DNA from: Candidatus Methanomethylophilaceae archaeon | GTDB lineage: Archaea; Thermoplasmatota; Thermoplasmata; Methanomassiliicoccales; Methanomethylophilaceae | DNA: 64,000 nt | Assembly: GCA_944320495.1 (NCBI GenBank) | Contig: CALUHR010000009.1 | Location: forward strand, 1 to 64,000 | Reading direction: 5' to 3' | In this document: one piece after another, positions 10,291-20,027 of the stretch | Layout: the number at the start of each line of letters is the position of its first letter | Position numbering within the stretch: the stretch's first letter is position 1 | The notes under the pieces: generated by a model | What the model was told of the DNA's origin: nothing | The model's input: the letters and a program-made list of their open reading frames with translations, nothing else | The model's database searches: none | Position numbers and translations under genes: made by a program

Positions 10291-10515
10291 CAAACACAGG
10301 GCCCGCAAGGGCCCGACCGCGGGGTTCGCCCCGCGGTATCAATTGTTGTGACAGGTTTCATCAATGGTTTGGGCGTCCGTTCCAAGCCCAAATTCTCATG
10401 CGAGATTCCCGGGAGCAGAGCAATGCCAGCCCCCTCTCGGGCGTAATCATCCCCATCCTGACGATGGGACATGTAGAAGCTAAGGGGAGAGGCCGATTGG
10501 CCCCTCCCTCGTTTG

Positions 10516-10959
10516 TCATCTCTCGATCTCGAACTCGATCGGCTTCATGACGATGTTCAGAATCTGTCCGGCTGCTCCGAGGATCAGTCCGGCCATGGCC
10601 ATCATGTAGCCGGCTCCGCCGAAATCGATATGTTGCTCTATTATGGCCAGGTTCCCGTCCATGATGAATAGCAGCGCGAGGATCGTCAGTATGATGGGGG
10701 GTATCGCGAGCCTTGCCCTGCCGGAATACTCCCTGAACACGAGCGACAGGATTGCCGGTACCACGGTGAGGATGGCTATGGGGACGATGAGGGCGACGCC
10801 GATGGACAGCGTGAACGAATACGTGCTGAAGTCATCGTTGGTTACCAGTTCCCATCCTGGCAGCGATGCGCCGGAAATCCATGATGCGCTCAGTCCGACA
10901 ATCATTAGGATCGCGCCTATCAGGGGTATCAGCGCGTAGACGTTGATGACGATCCTCAT
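10516..10959 (-). CDS. Hypothetical 4-TM membrane protein
   Basis: Four hydrophobic segments; its ATG overlaps the upstream TGA (ATGA). Confidence 0.7.
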   Translation of the reverse strand: MRIVINVYALIPLIGAILMIVGLSASWISGASLPGWELVTNDDFSTYSFTLSIGVALIVPIAILTVVPAILSLVFREYSGRARLAIPPIILTILALLFIMDGNLAIIEQHIDFGGAGYMMAMAGLILGAAGQILNIVMKPIEFEIER

Positions 10960-11774
10960 TGCGAGCCCTCCTCGGGTTGGAAGTAGTAGAGCAGATCCTC
11001 CACGCCTCCATACTCCTTCACCGTGGACTTCAGCCTCTTCACATCCCTCAGGGTGACCCCGTCCTGGCAGAGCATGACGATGAGTCTGTAACGGATCCTA
11101 TCGCTCCTGATGTCGCCGATTATGCCGGATGCATATCTTATCGCGAATCCCAGAACGGCGCCGATGATCAGGATGGACCCATAGGGTACTGTGTACCAGG
11201 CGATCGTGACGTTCATCACGATCAGGAACTGCAGGTATTCGAGAACGGTCCAGTCGTACGGTTTGTCTATGATGCTGTAAGCTCCGTCCATCATGCCGCC
11301 GAGGAAGACAAAGAGGATGCACAAGACCGTGATCATCTTCCCGATCCTGGCCACGATTCCGGTGATCTGGTTGAACTCCCTGTCCTTCTCCAGCATCTTG
11401 TCGACGTCCTTGCGGACGGTCCTGAAGTGCTTCCTGAGCCCCTTGTCCCTCCTGCATCTGGATTTGAGCTCGCGATACTCCCAGATGACCTCTTCGTCCG
11501 ACATCTCCAGGAGGTCCTTCCCGGACAATGCGCCGTAGTGCTCGTCCTGGTCGATCTCATCGAAGGGATTGCCGAAGGGCCTCCTGTCGGATCCGCCGTC
11601 GCGGTCGTCCCATGTCGACGTGTTCACCTCGGGTCCCGCGCGCGGGTCCTCGTTCCGGACGCTCCTGCGACGGTCCTCCTGTTGACTCTCCTCCCGCGGA
11701 TGCTGCTGGCCCGAGGGTTTGGCCATCCTGTCGAGGAAGGAGGTGTCGATATCTCTGCTGTCTTGATCGCTCAT
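10956..11774 (-). CDS. Hypothetical membrane protein with charged N-terminus
   Basis: Two TM segments after a disordered charged region; coupled to the next gene. Confidence 0.7.
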   Translation of the reverse strand: MSDQDSRDIDTSFLDRMAKPSGQQHPREESQQEDRRRSVRNEDPRAGPEVNTSTWDDRDGGSDRRPFGNPFDEIDQDEHYGALSGKDLLEMSDEEVIWEYRELKSRCRRDKGLRKHFRTVRKDVDKMLEKDREFNQITGIVARIGKMITVLCILFVFLGGMMDGAYSIIDKPYDWTVLEYLQFLIVMNVTIAWYTVPYGSILIIGAVLGFAIRYASGIIGDIRSDRIRYRLIVMLCQDGVTLRDVKRLKSTVKEYGGVEDLLYYFQPEEGSQ

Positions 11775-11957
11775 CGATTCACTCCGTGCGGCAGGTGCCG
11801 GATATCACGATGGCGGTCACCATGCCATATGTTGTATGCAATATCGAGTGCATTCAATTATAAATGTAGAGTGGACAGGATTCGAATCGAATGAGAATCG
11901 ATAAAAGGTTGAGAGTGGAAAGGATGTTTCGGAGGGGGAAGTCCCCCTCCGTTGGGA

Positions 11958-13133
11958 TCACTTCTTCCTCTTGCGGAAGGTGACCTTGGAGTCCTTCATG
12001 TTCATGACGGCATCCTCGAGCTTCTTGATGAGGTCGCTGGCGGTCTTCGTGAGGTCCCAGCCAACCTCCTTGCCCATGACGGCTGTGCCGTTGATGAACA
12101 GTCTCGCGCTGATGCTGTACTTGAAGTTGCCTCCGGCGTCGTTGTAGCGGGACACGTGCATGGTGAGGGACTCCGGCTTGTAGACCTTGGAGATCTTCTT
12201 CACCATGTCCTCGATGTCCGCGTAGATGACATCGGTGGCCTCCTTCTCGTTGTCGTCGAGTCCGCTGATCTGCACGAAGAGCATGTCCCTCTCGCGGCAG
12301 GCGGAGAGCAGCTCGATGACGTCGTACTCGGTGAGCACTCCGACGAGCTCCTTGCCCTCGATGACGGGGAGGGTGGAGATCTTGTTCTCTACCATGATGT
12401 CGACGGCCGAGGCGATGTCCTCGTCCCAGCTGATGGTCTTCACCGACGTCAGAGCGATGGACTCCACGGTGATCTGCGAGCGTGCGCTCTTCTCCAGGTC
12501 CCCGATGGTCTTGTTGTCCTTCTTCCAGTTGTTGTCGATGATCTCCCTCATTCCGACGATACCGACGACCTCGTTGGTCTCGTTGATCACGGGGATGGTC
12601 CTGTAGTCCTCGCGGATCATGAGCTCGAGGGCGTCATCCATGAGGTCGTTGACCCTGACGGACTCCACCGGGTTGCTCATGATCTCCCAGACCTTGATCT
12701 CCTTGAGCGCCTTGATGTCCCTGACGATCTCGATAAGCCTGTTCCTCTGGATTATTCCGGTGACCTTCTTGCCGGTCAGGACGGGGAGCTGTCTGCAGTT
12801 CGTGGAGACCATCATCTCCGCGATCTTGGTGATCTCCATGTCGGCGGTCACCGTGGGCAGGTTCTTCACGAGTCCCTTCACCTTGGCGTCGAGGGTCACA
12901 CTCTTCTTCCTGAGAATCGAGGCGTAACTGACCATTCCTACGAACTCTCCGCCGTCCACGACCGGTACGTCCTGGTACTTGCTGTCCTTCATGACCGCAA
13001 GCACATCGGCGATGCGATCGTCGGAGGACACGGTGGGGAATTCGGTAGACATGATGCTCTGGACAGATATGCCGTCGATCTGGGATCTCAGCATGGCCAG
13101 CTTCTTCAGGTCTTCAAGGTCCTTTACTCCCAT
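11958..13133 (-). CDS. 4xCBS + C-terminal HPF/RaiA-like domain protein (candidate Hib ribosome hibernation factor)
   Basis: Four CBS repeats (about aa 25-280), then a roughly 100-aa beta-alpha-beta-beta-beta-alpha-like domain ending DLTKTASDLIKKLEDAV. CBS content is certain; the Hib call is inference. Confidence 0.7.
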   Translation of the reverse strand: MGVKDLEDLKKLAMLRSQIDGISVQSIMSTEFPTVSSDDRIADVLAVMKDSKYQDVPVVDGGEFVGMVSYASILRKKSVTLDAKVKGLVKNLPTVTADMEITKIAEMMVSTNCRQLPVLTGKKVTGIIQRNRLIEIVRDIKALKEIKVWEIMSNPVESVRVNDLMDDALELMIREDYRTIPVINETNEVVGIVGMREIIDNNWKKDNKTIGDLEKSARSQITVESIALTSVKTISWDEDIASAVDIMVENKISTLPVIEGKELVGVLTEYDVIELLSACRERDMLFVQISGLDDNEKEATDVIYADIEDMVKKISKVYKPESLTMHVSRYNDAGGNFKYSISARLFINGTAVMGKEVGWDLTKTASDLIKKLEDAVMNMKDSKVTFRKRKK

Positions 13134-13310
13134 AATACACCTCTGGATATGATATTCCCATCCAACGCATTTAACACATTGCTTCGGACATCCGTGTTGG
13201 ATGAATGATTCTACGAAATCCGCAGATTGTCGATATACCGATTACGAAAAAGGAAAATGGTTTGACGGGGGCCATGCCCCCTGGAGGACGCATCCGACAT
13301 CAGTATGATG

Positions 13311-15026
13311 TCAGAGCTCGGAGAACGGCTTCCCTGCGATGAGCTCGTCGATGGTGACGGCGATGCCCTTGACCGGGATGCGCTTCTGCTCCTTGCTGTC
13401 CCTGTCCCTGATGGTGACGGTGCCCTCCGCGGCCCCTCCGGGGAGGGAGTCGTAGTCCACGGTGATGCACCAGGGGGTGCCGACCTCGTCCATGCGGGCG
13501 TATCTCTTGCCGATGGTGCCGGAGCCGTCGTAGTAGGCCTCCACCCTGTGGGAGTGGACGCTCTCGTAGATGGAGCGGGCCAGGTCGTCCAGGCCGTCCT
13601 TCTCCATCAGCGGGAACACGCCGACCTTGATGGGCGCGACCTCGGGCTTCAGCCTGAGGACGGTGTAGTCCTCGGCGTCGTCATGAGAGTATGAGTGCTC
13701 CAGCACGGTGTAGAAGATCCTGTCCAGCCCGTGGGAGGGCTCGATGACGTGGGGCACGACACGGTCCCCCGCGACCTTCTCCTTCACGGTGGCGACCTCG
13801 AAGAACCTGTCGTCCAGGACGATGTCCTCCCCGTCGACGGTGACAGTGAGCTTCCCGTCGACGATGTCGGCGGGGGTCTTGGACTCCATCGCCGCGGCGA
13901 TGTCCTTGGCCTTGCCCTTGAACTCGGGGCCCAGGGCCTTGTGCTTGGCGCGGACCTTCTCGACCTCCATCTCCCTCGGCTCGTCGAACCTGCGGAAGTG
14001 GGTGAGGTCGGCGCCGGAGAACTGGGCGTGCCTGGAGAGGTCCCAGCAGCCCCTGTCGGCGATGCCGGTGATCTCCGTCCATCCGTAGGAGAGCAGGGCC
14101 TCGGCGTCCCAGCAGTCGGCGGCGTAGTGGGCCATCTCGTCCTTCTCGTGCTGTCTGAACCTGAGCCTCTTGGGGTCGACCCCGAGCCTCACCAGGAGCT
14201 GCCTCGTCGTGTAGACGAAGTACGCGAGGACGCGGTTGGCGATGATGCCGTCCTCGACGGCCTTCCCGACGGTGGTGGTGATCATGCCCTCGCCGGTGTT
14301 GGGGACCAGGTCGATCTCCTCGTTCTCGATCTCGTGGAAGCGGGGCCAGTCCTTGTCGTCCGGGTCCACGAAGAGCTCGACCTCCATCATGTTGAACTCC
14401 CTCATGCGGATCATGCCCTGCCTGGGCGCGATCTCGTTGCGGTATCCCCTGCCGGTCTGGATGACTCCCAGTGGCATCTTCTCCCTGTTGTAGCGGTAGA
14501 GGTTCTGGTAGTTCACGAATATGCCCTGAGCGGTCTCCGGCCTCATGTACCCCACACGGCTGGATCCAGGGCCGATGTTCGTCTTGAACATCAGGTTGAA
14601 CTCCTCGACGGGCCCCAGGTCGCCCCCGCACTCGGGGCATTTCACGTTGTACTTGACGAACGCCTCCTCGAGCTCCTTGGGGGTGAGGACGTCCGCGTTG
14701 TCGAAGAACTCCTTGACCATGTGGTCTGCCCTGAACGGGGACTGGCACTTGGTGCAGTACGTGATGTAGTCCGAGAACTCGTCCACGTGCCCGGACGCCT
14801 TGAAGACGTCCCTGGGGTTGACGGTCTCGGAGTCGATCTCGATGAAGCCCTCGCGGCCCTTGTATATGGCGCGCCAGACATCGACGATGTTGTTCCTCAG
14901 GGAGCATCCCAGGGGGCCGTAGTCGTACATGCCGGCGACGCCGCCGTATATCTCGAAGGACGGCCAGATGAATCCCCTGCGCTTGCAGAGGGACATGAGG
15001 TCGGCGGAAACCGATTCATCGCTCAT
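13311..15026 (-). CDS. glyS: Glycine--tRNA ligase (class II, archaeal/eukaryal type)
   Basis: YDYGPLG, RPETAQGIF, FRQH, HYAADCWD and IEPSHGLDR. True start MSDESVSADL overlaps the upstream stop. Confidence 0.95.
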   Translation of the reverse strand: MSDESVSADLMSLCKRRGFIWPSFEIYGGVAGMYDYGPLGCSLRNNIVDVWRAIYKGREGFIEIDSETVNPRDVFKASGHVDEFSDYITYCTKCQSPFRADHMVKEFFDNADVLTPKELEEAFVKYNVKCPECGGDLGPVEEFNLMFKTNIGPGSSRVGYMRPETAQGIFVNYQNLYRYNREKMPLGVIQTGRGYRNEIAPRQGMIRMREFNMMEVELFVDPDDKDWPRFHEIENEEIDLVPNTGEGMITTTVGKAVEDGIIANRVLAYFVYTTRQLLVRLGVDPKRLRFRQHEKDEMAHYAADCWDAEALLSYGWTEITGIADRGCWDLSRHAQFSGADLTHFRRFDEPREMEVEKVRAKHKALGPEFKGKAKDIAAAMESKTPADIVDGKLTVTVDGEDIVLDDRFFEVATVKEKVAGDRVVPHVIEPSHGLDRIFYTVLEHSYSHDDAEDYTVLRLKPEVAPIKVGVFPLMEKDGLDDLARSIYESVHSHRVEAYYDGSGTIGKRYARMDEVGTPWCITVDYDSLPGGAAEGTVTIRDRDSKEQKRIPVKGIAVTIDELIAGKPFSEL

Positions 15027-15868
15027 TTGGATCCCGTGATGGCGCAGAGGATGTCCACATCGTAGATCATCCCGATGATCTCGTCCTTGTTCCCGTGCAC
15101 GGGCACCTGTCCGTAGTCGTTGGCGACCATGGCCTTGGCGACCTCGGAGAGCCCCGTCTTCTTGAAGACCGAGTAGGGGTTCGTGATCATGACGTCCTTG
15201 ACCAGCCTGTCGTCCTTCAGGTACTTGTCCGTGGCCGTGTAGAACAGCGGCAGGACGTTTCTGGCCCCGGCCATGTTGCCGATGTCGGCGATGCCGAGCT
15301 CCTTCAGGTCCTCGGTGTTCTTCACCTGGTCGCTGAACAGGTCCCTGTCCGTGAGGATGCCCACGAACTTGCCCTGGGCGTCCAGAACGGGCACCGCGGA
15401 CACGTCGCTGACGCGCATGGCTGACACGGTGTACGAGAGGGGGTCGCCCTCCCAGGCGGTGACGCACTTGGTGCGGATGACGTCCTCGGCCTTCATGGGC
15501 GTCTTCATGTCCCTGACGATCTTCAGGAGGTCGGTCGGGGTGATGATGCCGATGAGCATGCCGTCCTCGACGACGGGCAGCCTGTGGATCCTCAGGGTGC
15601 TGAAGATCTCGGCGGCCTTCTCGATGGGGGCGGTGGGCTCGATGGTGATGCAGTTCTTCTTCATGATGAGGGAGAGCTGCTCCTCCTCGAAGTTCCTGAA
15701 GATGTCCCTGCGGGAGACGATCCCCATGAGCTTCCCGTCGCTCGCGCGGATGACGGGGAGTCCGGTGAGCCCGTTCCTGACCATCAGGTTGATCGCGTCG
15801 GCGCGGGAACCGGGGACCTCCACGACGATGGGGGCGGCGGTCATCACGTCGGCTACTGTCAGACTCAT
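15023..15868 (-). CDS. CBS domain protein (4 CBS)
   Basis: Repeated LPV...GKLxGIVS CBS signatures. Confidence 0.9.
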   Translation of the reverse strand: MSLTVADVMTAAPIVVEVPGSRADAINLMVRNGLTGLPVIRASDGKLMGIVSRRDIFRNFEEEQLSLIMKKNCITIEPTAPIEKAAEIFSTLRIHRLPVVEDGMLIGIITPTDLLKIVRDMKTPMKAEDVIRTKCVTAWEGDPLSYTVSAMRVSDVSAVPVLDAQGKFVGILTDRDLFSDQVKNTEDLKELGIADIGNMAGARNVLPLFYTATDKYLKDDRLVKDVMITNPYSVFKKTGLSEVAKAMVANDYGQVPVHGNKDEIIGMIYDVDILCAITGSK

Positions 15869-16309
15869 TTAGTTCGAAGCCTCCGAAGACCTGACCACCA
15901 TCACGGGGCAGCTGGAGGCCCTGACGACCCTCTCGGCGACGCTTCCCATGAGGAGCTTGGACATGCCCGTCCTTCCGAGGGTGCCCATGACGATGACGTC
16001 GTAGTTCGCGGACTCGTCGAGGATGACCTTGACGGGGGTGCCCTCCTTGATGGAGAGTTCGACGGGGACGTTCTCGGTCGCACCGAGGTCGCGGACGAAG
16101 TCGACCGCGTCCTTACCCTCCTTCTCGAGGGTGTTGTAGACGTTCATGACCGCAGTGTCCATGGGCATGTTGGTCAGGATGGTCTGGTCCAGGACGTACA
16201 GGGCGGTGACGGTGCCGCCTGTGAGCTTCGCCAGTTCCATGGCCGTCCTCACCGCAGCCTTCGTGTATTCGCTTCCATCGGTCGGGACGAGAATCTTCTT
16301 GAATGCCAT
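15869..16309 (-). CDS. Universal stress protein (UspA family)
   Basis: KKILVPTDGS and VMGTLGRTGMSKLLMGSVAERVVR. Confidence 0.95.
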   Translation of the reverse strand: MAFKKILVPTDGSEYTKAAVRTAMELAKLTGGTVTALYVLDQTILTNMPMDTAVMNVYNTLEKEGKDAVDFVRDLGATENVPVELSIKEGTPVKVILDESANYDVIVMGTLGRTGMSKLLMGSVAERVVRASSCPVMVVRSSEASN

Positions 16310-16311
16310 CT

Positions 16312-17352
16312 TCAGAACCTCCGAATGTTCAGACGGATCCGGTCGCCCCTCATGACCGCTCCCTGTTCGTCCCCGTCGGGGGATGGGAGGATGGTCACGG
16401 GACCCGGACCTGTTGCCCGCGCATTGGCTTTTGAACGATTTAATATCTTGCAGGACACGCGCGTGAGCGCGCGTATACAGTCGGAGGGGTCGCCTCCCTG
16501 CGACGAGGCGGCCTCTGCGAACACGGCCGCTTCGGAGAACATGTCCGGCTCGCAGAGCATGCCGTTGTCCGTACCAAGTGCCAGATCGGCGCCGAGGGCC
16601 TGTGCGCGGGCGACCGGCGGCTCCCTCCCGAAGTATCTGTTCGATGTGGGACAGACGACGATCGGGACCTCGGCCTCGGCGCATTTCGCGATGTCGTCGT
16701 CGGTGGCCTCGCACATGTGCACCACGAACGCCGGGTCCAGGGACAGGACGAAGTCGATGTCCTCCCGTACCCTCTCGCTGACGTGGATGGCGAATACCAT
16801 CCTGCGGTCACGGACCTCGTCTGCCACCGATTCGATGTACCGGTGGTCCATGTCCGATTCGCTCGATATGCCGATCCCGTCTGCCACGGAGAGGATCTCG
16901 TCGATCTCATCGGGGTCGAACTCAGGGGATGTCGGGCGTCCGAGGATCACCGCATCCGGGCACGCCTCCCGGAGCATCCTGCATCCCTCGGCGCCGCCCT
17001 CCCTGAAATCCACGAACGTCTCGGACCCGCGTCCGGACGAGGCGGCGGCGAAGCGACCCATGTTGCCCATCAGGTCAGTCCTCGACGCGGAGCGGAGGTA
17101 CCTGTGCTTCAACCCGTCCGGCGGGGCCACGAGCTCCTCGAGGGAGAGTCCGGGCGGTACGTCCAGGCCGTAGTCCGCGCAATGGGTGTGCATGTTCACG
17201 ACGTCGCGTACGATGAAGCCGGTGACGTCCGGTTCGACGGGGCAGTCCCCGTATCCGATTTCGGAGACGAGGCCGTCCTCGGCGATGACCCATCCACGGC
17301 GCTGGCCGTGCGCGTCGACAATCGTGCCTTCGGCTGAGAGGATGTCCTTCAC
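16312..17352 (-). CDS. Amidohydrolase-superfamily metal-dependent hydrolase
   Basis: NMHTHCAD, IHVSE, VHMC and LGTDNG; GTG start. Confidence 0.85.
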   Translation of the reverse strand: MKDILSAEGTIVDAHGQRRGWVIAEDGLVSEIGYGDCPVEPDVTGFIVRDVVNMHTHCADYGLDVPPGLSLEELVAPPDGLKHRYLRSASRTDLMGNMGRFAAASSGRGSETFVDFREGGAEGCRMLREACPDAVILGRPTSPEFDPDEIDEILSVADGIGISSESDMDHRYIESVADEVRDRRMVFAIHVSERVREDIDFVLSLDPAFVVHMCEATDDDIAKCAEAEVPIVVCPTSNRYFGREPPVARAQALGADLALGTDNGMLCEPDMFSEAAVFAEAASSQGGDPSDCIRALTRVSCKILNRSKANARATGPGPVTILPSPDGDEQGAVMRGDRIRLNIRRF

Positions 17353-17397
17353 GGCTGCCGGATGTCCGGTCCGGCCGATAACTGTTGCCTTCCGGGC

Positions 17398-18333
17398 TCA
17401 GGCCCAGTACGGCTTCTTGACGAACTTGTACGCCATCAGGACCGCGGTCGTGGCCTCTCCCATGGCGGTGGTGATCTGCTTCACCTTGCCGGGGTAGCTC
17501 ACGACGTCGCCGCAGGCGAAGATGCCGGGGCGGTTGGTGCTCATGTCGAAGCCGACCTTGACGAGGCCGTCCGGGTTGAGCTCGAGGCCCCATCTCTCCA
17601 GGTCCTCCAGGTCGGCCGAGATGCCGATGTTGATGACGGCGAGGTCCGTGGGGACGATCATCTCGTTGCCGTCTACCGAGAGGGTGACGGACTCGACGTG
17701 GTCGGTTCCGTTGATGGAGACGAGGTTGGCGTTCATGATCGTGCGGACCTGGCTAGCCTTGAGGTGGTCGACGGTGGACTCGTCCGCCCTGAACTCGGGC
17801 CTCCTGTGGACGATGGTCGTTTCGGTGACGCTGTCCGCGATGAGGGCCATGTCGATGGCGCTGTTGCCTCCGCCGAACATCGTGACCTTCTTGCCGACGA
17901 GCTCCTCCTTCACGGGGAGGATGTACGTCACACCCTTCTCGAAGAACTCGTCCTCGCCGGGGCATCCCATCTTCTTGGGCTTGAAGCTGCCCATGCCGAT
18001 CGCGACGATGACGGACTTGGCGTGGTACTCGCCGGCGTTCGTACGTACGATCAGCTCCTGGTCGCCGTTGGCGATCTCGAGGACCTTCTCGTTCTCGTGG
18101 ATGTCGCACTCGGCGGCCTCGGCCTGGGCGTAGAGCTTGTCCGAGAGCTTCCTGGCCTGTATGGTCTCGAATCCGGGGTAGTTGTGGATACCCTTCTCGG
18201 GGTACAGGCTTACAAGCTGTCCTCCGACGCGTCCGGCATCCAGGATGAGGGTACTCATCAGTTTGGACCTGGCGTAGATCCCGGCGGTCAGGCCGGCGCA
18301 TCCAGCCCCGATGATGACGACGTCGTAGCACAT
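17398..18333 (-). CDS. NAD(P)/FAD-dependent oxidoreductase (thioredoxin reductase/ferredoxin-NADP reductase-like)
   Basis: IIGAGCAG, GGGNSAID, HRR and GIFACGD. It lacks the TrxR CxxC, so it is closer to the FNR-type. Confidence 0.85.
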   Translation of the reverse strand: MCYDVVIIGAGCAGLTAGIYARSKLMSTLILDAGRVGGQLVSLYPEKGIHNYPGFETIQARKLSDKLYAQAEAAECDIHENEKVLEIANGDQELIVRTNAGEYHAKSVIVAIGMGSFKPKKMGCPGEDEFFEKGVTYILPVKEELVGKKVTMFGGGNSAIDMALIADSVTETTIVHRRPEFRADESTVDHLKASQVRTIMNANLVSINGTDHVESVTLSVDGNEMIVPTDLAVINIGISADLEDLERWGLELNPDGLVKVGFDMSTNRPGIFACGDVVSYPGKVKQITTAMGEATTAVLMAYKFVKKPYWA

Positions 18334-18546
18334 TGGAGCCACCGAATAAGGTGGACCTATAAAAAAGTGATATATCCCGATATACGAAAACAGGGATTTC
18401 CAAGATGAAAAAAGCAGAATTACATAAACCATACTACGAATTTCGTAGGAATCACTCCTATTTTGGACAGGCCGGTGACGCATTAGTCTCGCATCCAGCC
18501 ATGAACGCATTTAAACACAGCACGTCGATACAGGGAGGGGGATTCC

Positions 18547-18921
18547 ATGGACTCTGAAATCAGCAAGGACGAGCTCTACACCGAGAAGCTCATGAACATG
18601 ATCCTTGACATCGTGGACGACATCATCATCATTCATGACTCGTGCCACACCGTCATATGGATGAACAAGGCGGCCGAGAAGGCCTTCGGGAAGTCCGCAG
18701 ACCAGGTGATCGGGAGGAAGTGCTATTCGCTCTTCGGGAACACGGTCTCCTGCAGCGACTGCGTCGTCAACCAGATGAACGTGGGCAGCCCTCAGAACGT
18801 CAAGCGCAGGATCATCCCCGGGACGAACCTCGTGTGCGACTGCGCGGCGGTGCCCTACTACGAGGGCGGCAAGCTGAAGCTGGTCGTCCAGCATCTGCGC
18901 CCGGTCTCCGACGGCCAGTGA
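18547..18921 (+). CDS. Stand-alone PAS-domain protein
   Basis: WMNKAAEKAFGKSADQVIGRKCY PAS core with CxxC. Confidence 0.75.
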   Translation: MDSEISKDELYTEKLMNMILDIVDDIIIIHDSCHTVIWMNKAAEKAFGKSADQVIGRKCYSLFGNTVSCSDCVVNQMNVGSPQNVKRRIIPGTNLVCDCAAVPYYEGGKLKLVVQHLRPVSDGQ

Positions 18922-18951
18922 CTATATCTATGGAAAAGGGGATTTGCGGCC

Positions 18952-19053
18952 ATGGAGTTCGACATCGGAAACTTCGTAGCGATCATCGTGGCAGGAGCCA
19001 TCTACTACGTCATCCTCGCCATCGCCAACCGCAAGAGGGCAAGTGAGCAGTGA
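18952..19053 (+). CDS. Small single-TM protein, 33 aa (not in ORF track)
   Basis: MEFDIGNFVAIIVAGAIYYVILAIANRKRASEQ; its TGA overlaps the next ATG (TGATG). Confidence 0.6.
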   Translation: MEFDIGNFVAIIVAGAIYYVILAIANRKRASEQ

Positions 19054-19451
19054 TGAACCAGCTGCCCGAGAACGTAGTGAGGATGCTCAGGCATCCCGAC
19101 ACCAACAAGGTCCTGTCTATGGTGTCGCCGGACGGCTTCCCCCACAGCATCGTGCTGGGCGCCGTCATCGTCGGTGACGACGACCGGATCTATGTCGGAG
19201 AGGTCTACATGTACCGCTCCTCCCAGTATCTCGAGGCCTGTCCCAAGGCCGAGTTCCTCGTGTGGAAGGGGAAGGAGGGATACTCCCTCAGGGTGGAGGC
19301 CGAGGGTCGCATCACCGAGGGACCGGAGTTCGATCGTCTGAGCGAGGTTCTGGGCAGGAAGAACATGCACGTCAACGCTCTATGGGTCTTCAGACCGTCC
19401 GAGGTGTGGGACGAGAGTGCCTCGTACACCTCCGGCGACAGGGTCGTGCGA
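19053..19451 (+). CDS. Pyridoxamine 5'-phosphate oxidase-like FMN-binding protein
   Basis: VLSMVSPDGFPH split-barrel motif. Ends at in-frame CGA 19449-51 overlapping the next ATG; standard-code end is 19478. Confidence 0.75.
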
Positions 19452-19675
19452 TGGACATCGCCCGCACCCGCAAACTGAGCGGGTTGCTCGCAGCCCTCTC
19501 CGCCGTATGCATATGCATCGGCGGCATACTCTTCTTCACTGGCTCGGAGGCGGCGGGGATAATCCTGATCGTCGCCTTCGTCGTTGTGCTCGTCCTGTGT
19601 CTGGGCATCAGGAGCTTCATCAGGGCCTTCGCCTTCGAGAACATGAGACGCGGTGCCGGAAAGGATCGAGAATGA
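19451..19675 (+). CDS. Small 2-TM membrane protein
   Basis: MDIARTRKLSGLLAAL... with two hydrophobic helices. Confidence 0.65.
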   Translation: MDIARTRKLSGLLAALSAVCICIGGILFFTGSEAAGIILIVAFVVVLVLCLGIRSFIRAFAFENMRRGAGKDRE

Positions 19676-19718
19676 AGGAAATCGTTTTCATCGGAGGCCT
19701 TCCGGCCCCCGATTGTTC

Positions 19719-19889
19719 TCAGTACCTGCTCCTGTCGGCAGGCTGGTGCTTCCTGAAGCAGTCCCTGCAGTAGACGGGCCTGCCCTGAGTGGGCTTGAAC
19801 GGGACCTCGCACTCCTTGCCGCAGTCGGAGCAGACCGCTTTGAAGAACTCCCTGGGCTTGTCGTTGTCCCTGTAACCACCGTATGCCAT
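19719..19889 (-). CDS. CxxC-x17-CxxC zinc-binding protein
   Basis: KAVCSDCGKECEVPFKPTQGRPVYCRDCF family signature. Confidence 0.85.
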   Translation of the reverse strand: MAYGGYRDNDKPREFFKAVCSDCGKECEVPFKPTQGRPVYCRDCFRKHQPADRSRY

Positions 19890-20027
19890 GTTGTTTTCTC
19901 CTCGGGTTCGAGGTATCCAATAAATCCCCGACTCTGAGCGAGCGGAGGTTACCAAACGCCTCGGCACCGAATCATCGTCCATCTATTTAACGAAGACAAT
20001 ATGATTCCCAGCGGTCGGGAAACCCTG

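Noticed and set aside
13311-15467. 718-aa GlyRS with long N-terminal extension
   Set aside because: The extension is an off-frame read of the upstream CBS gene; the real start is 15026.
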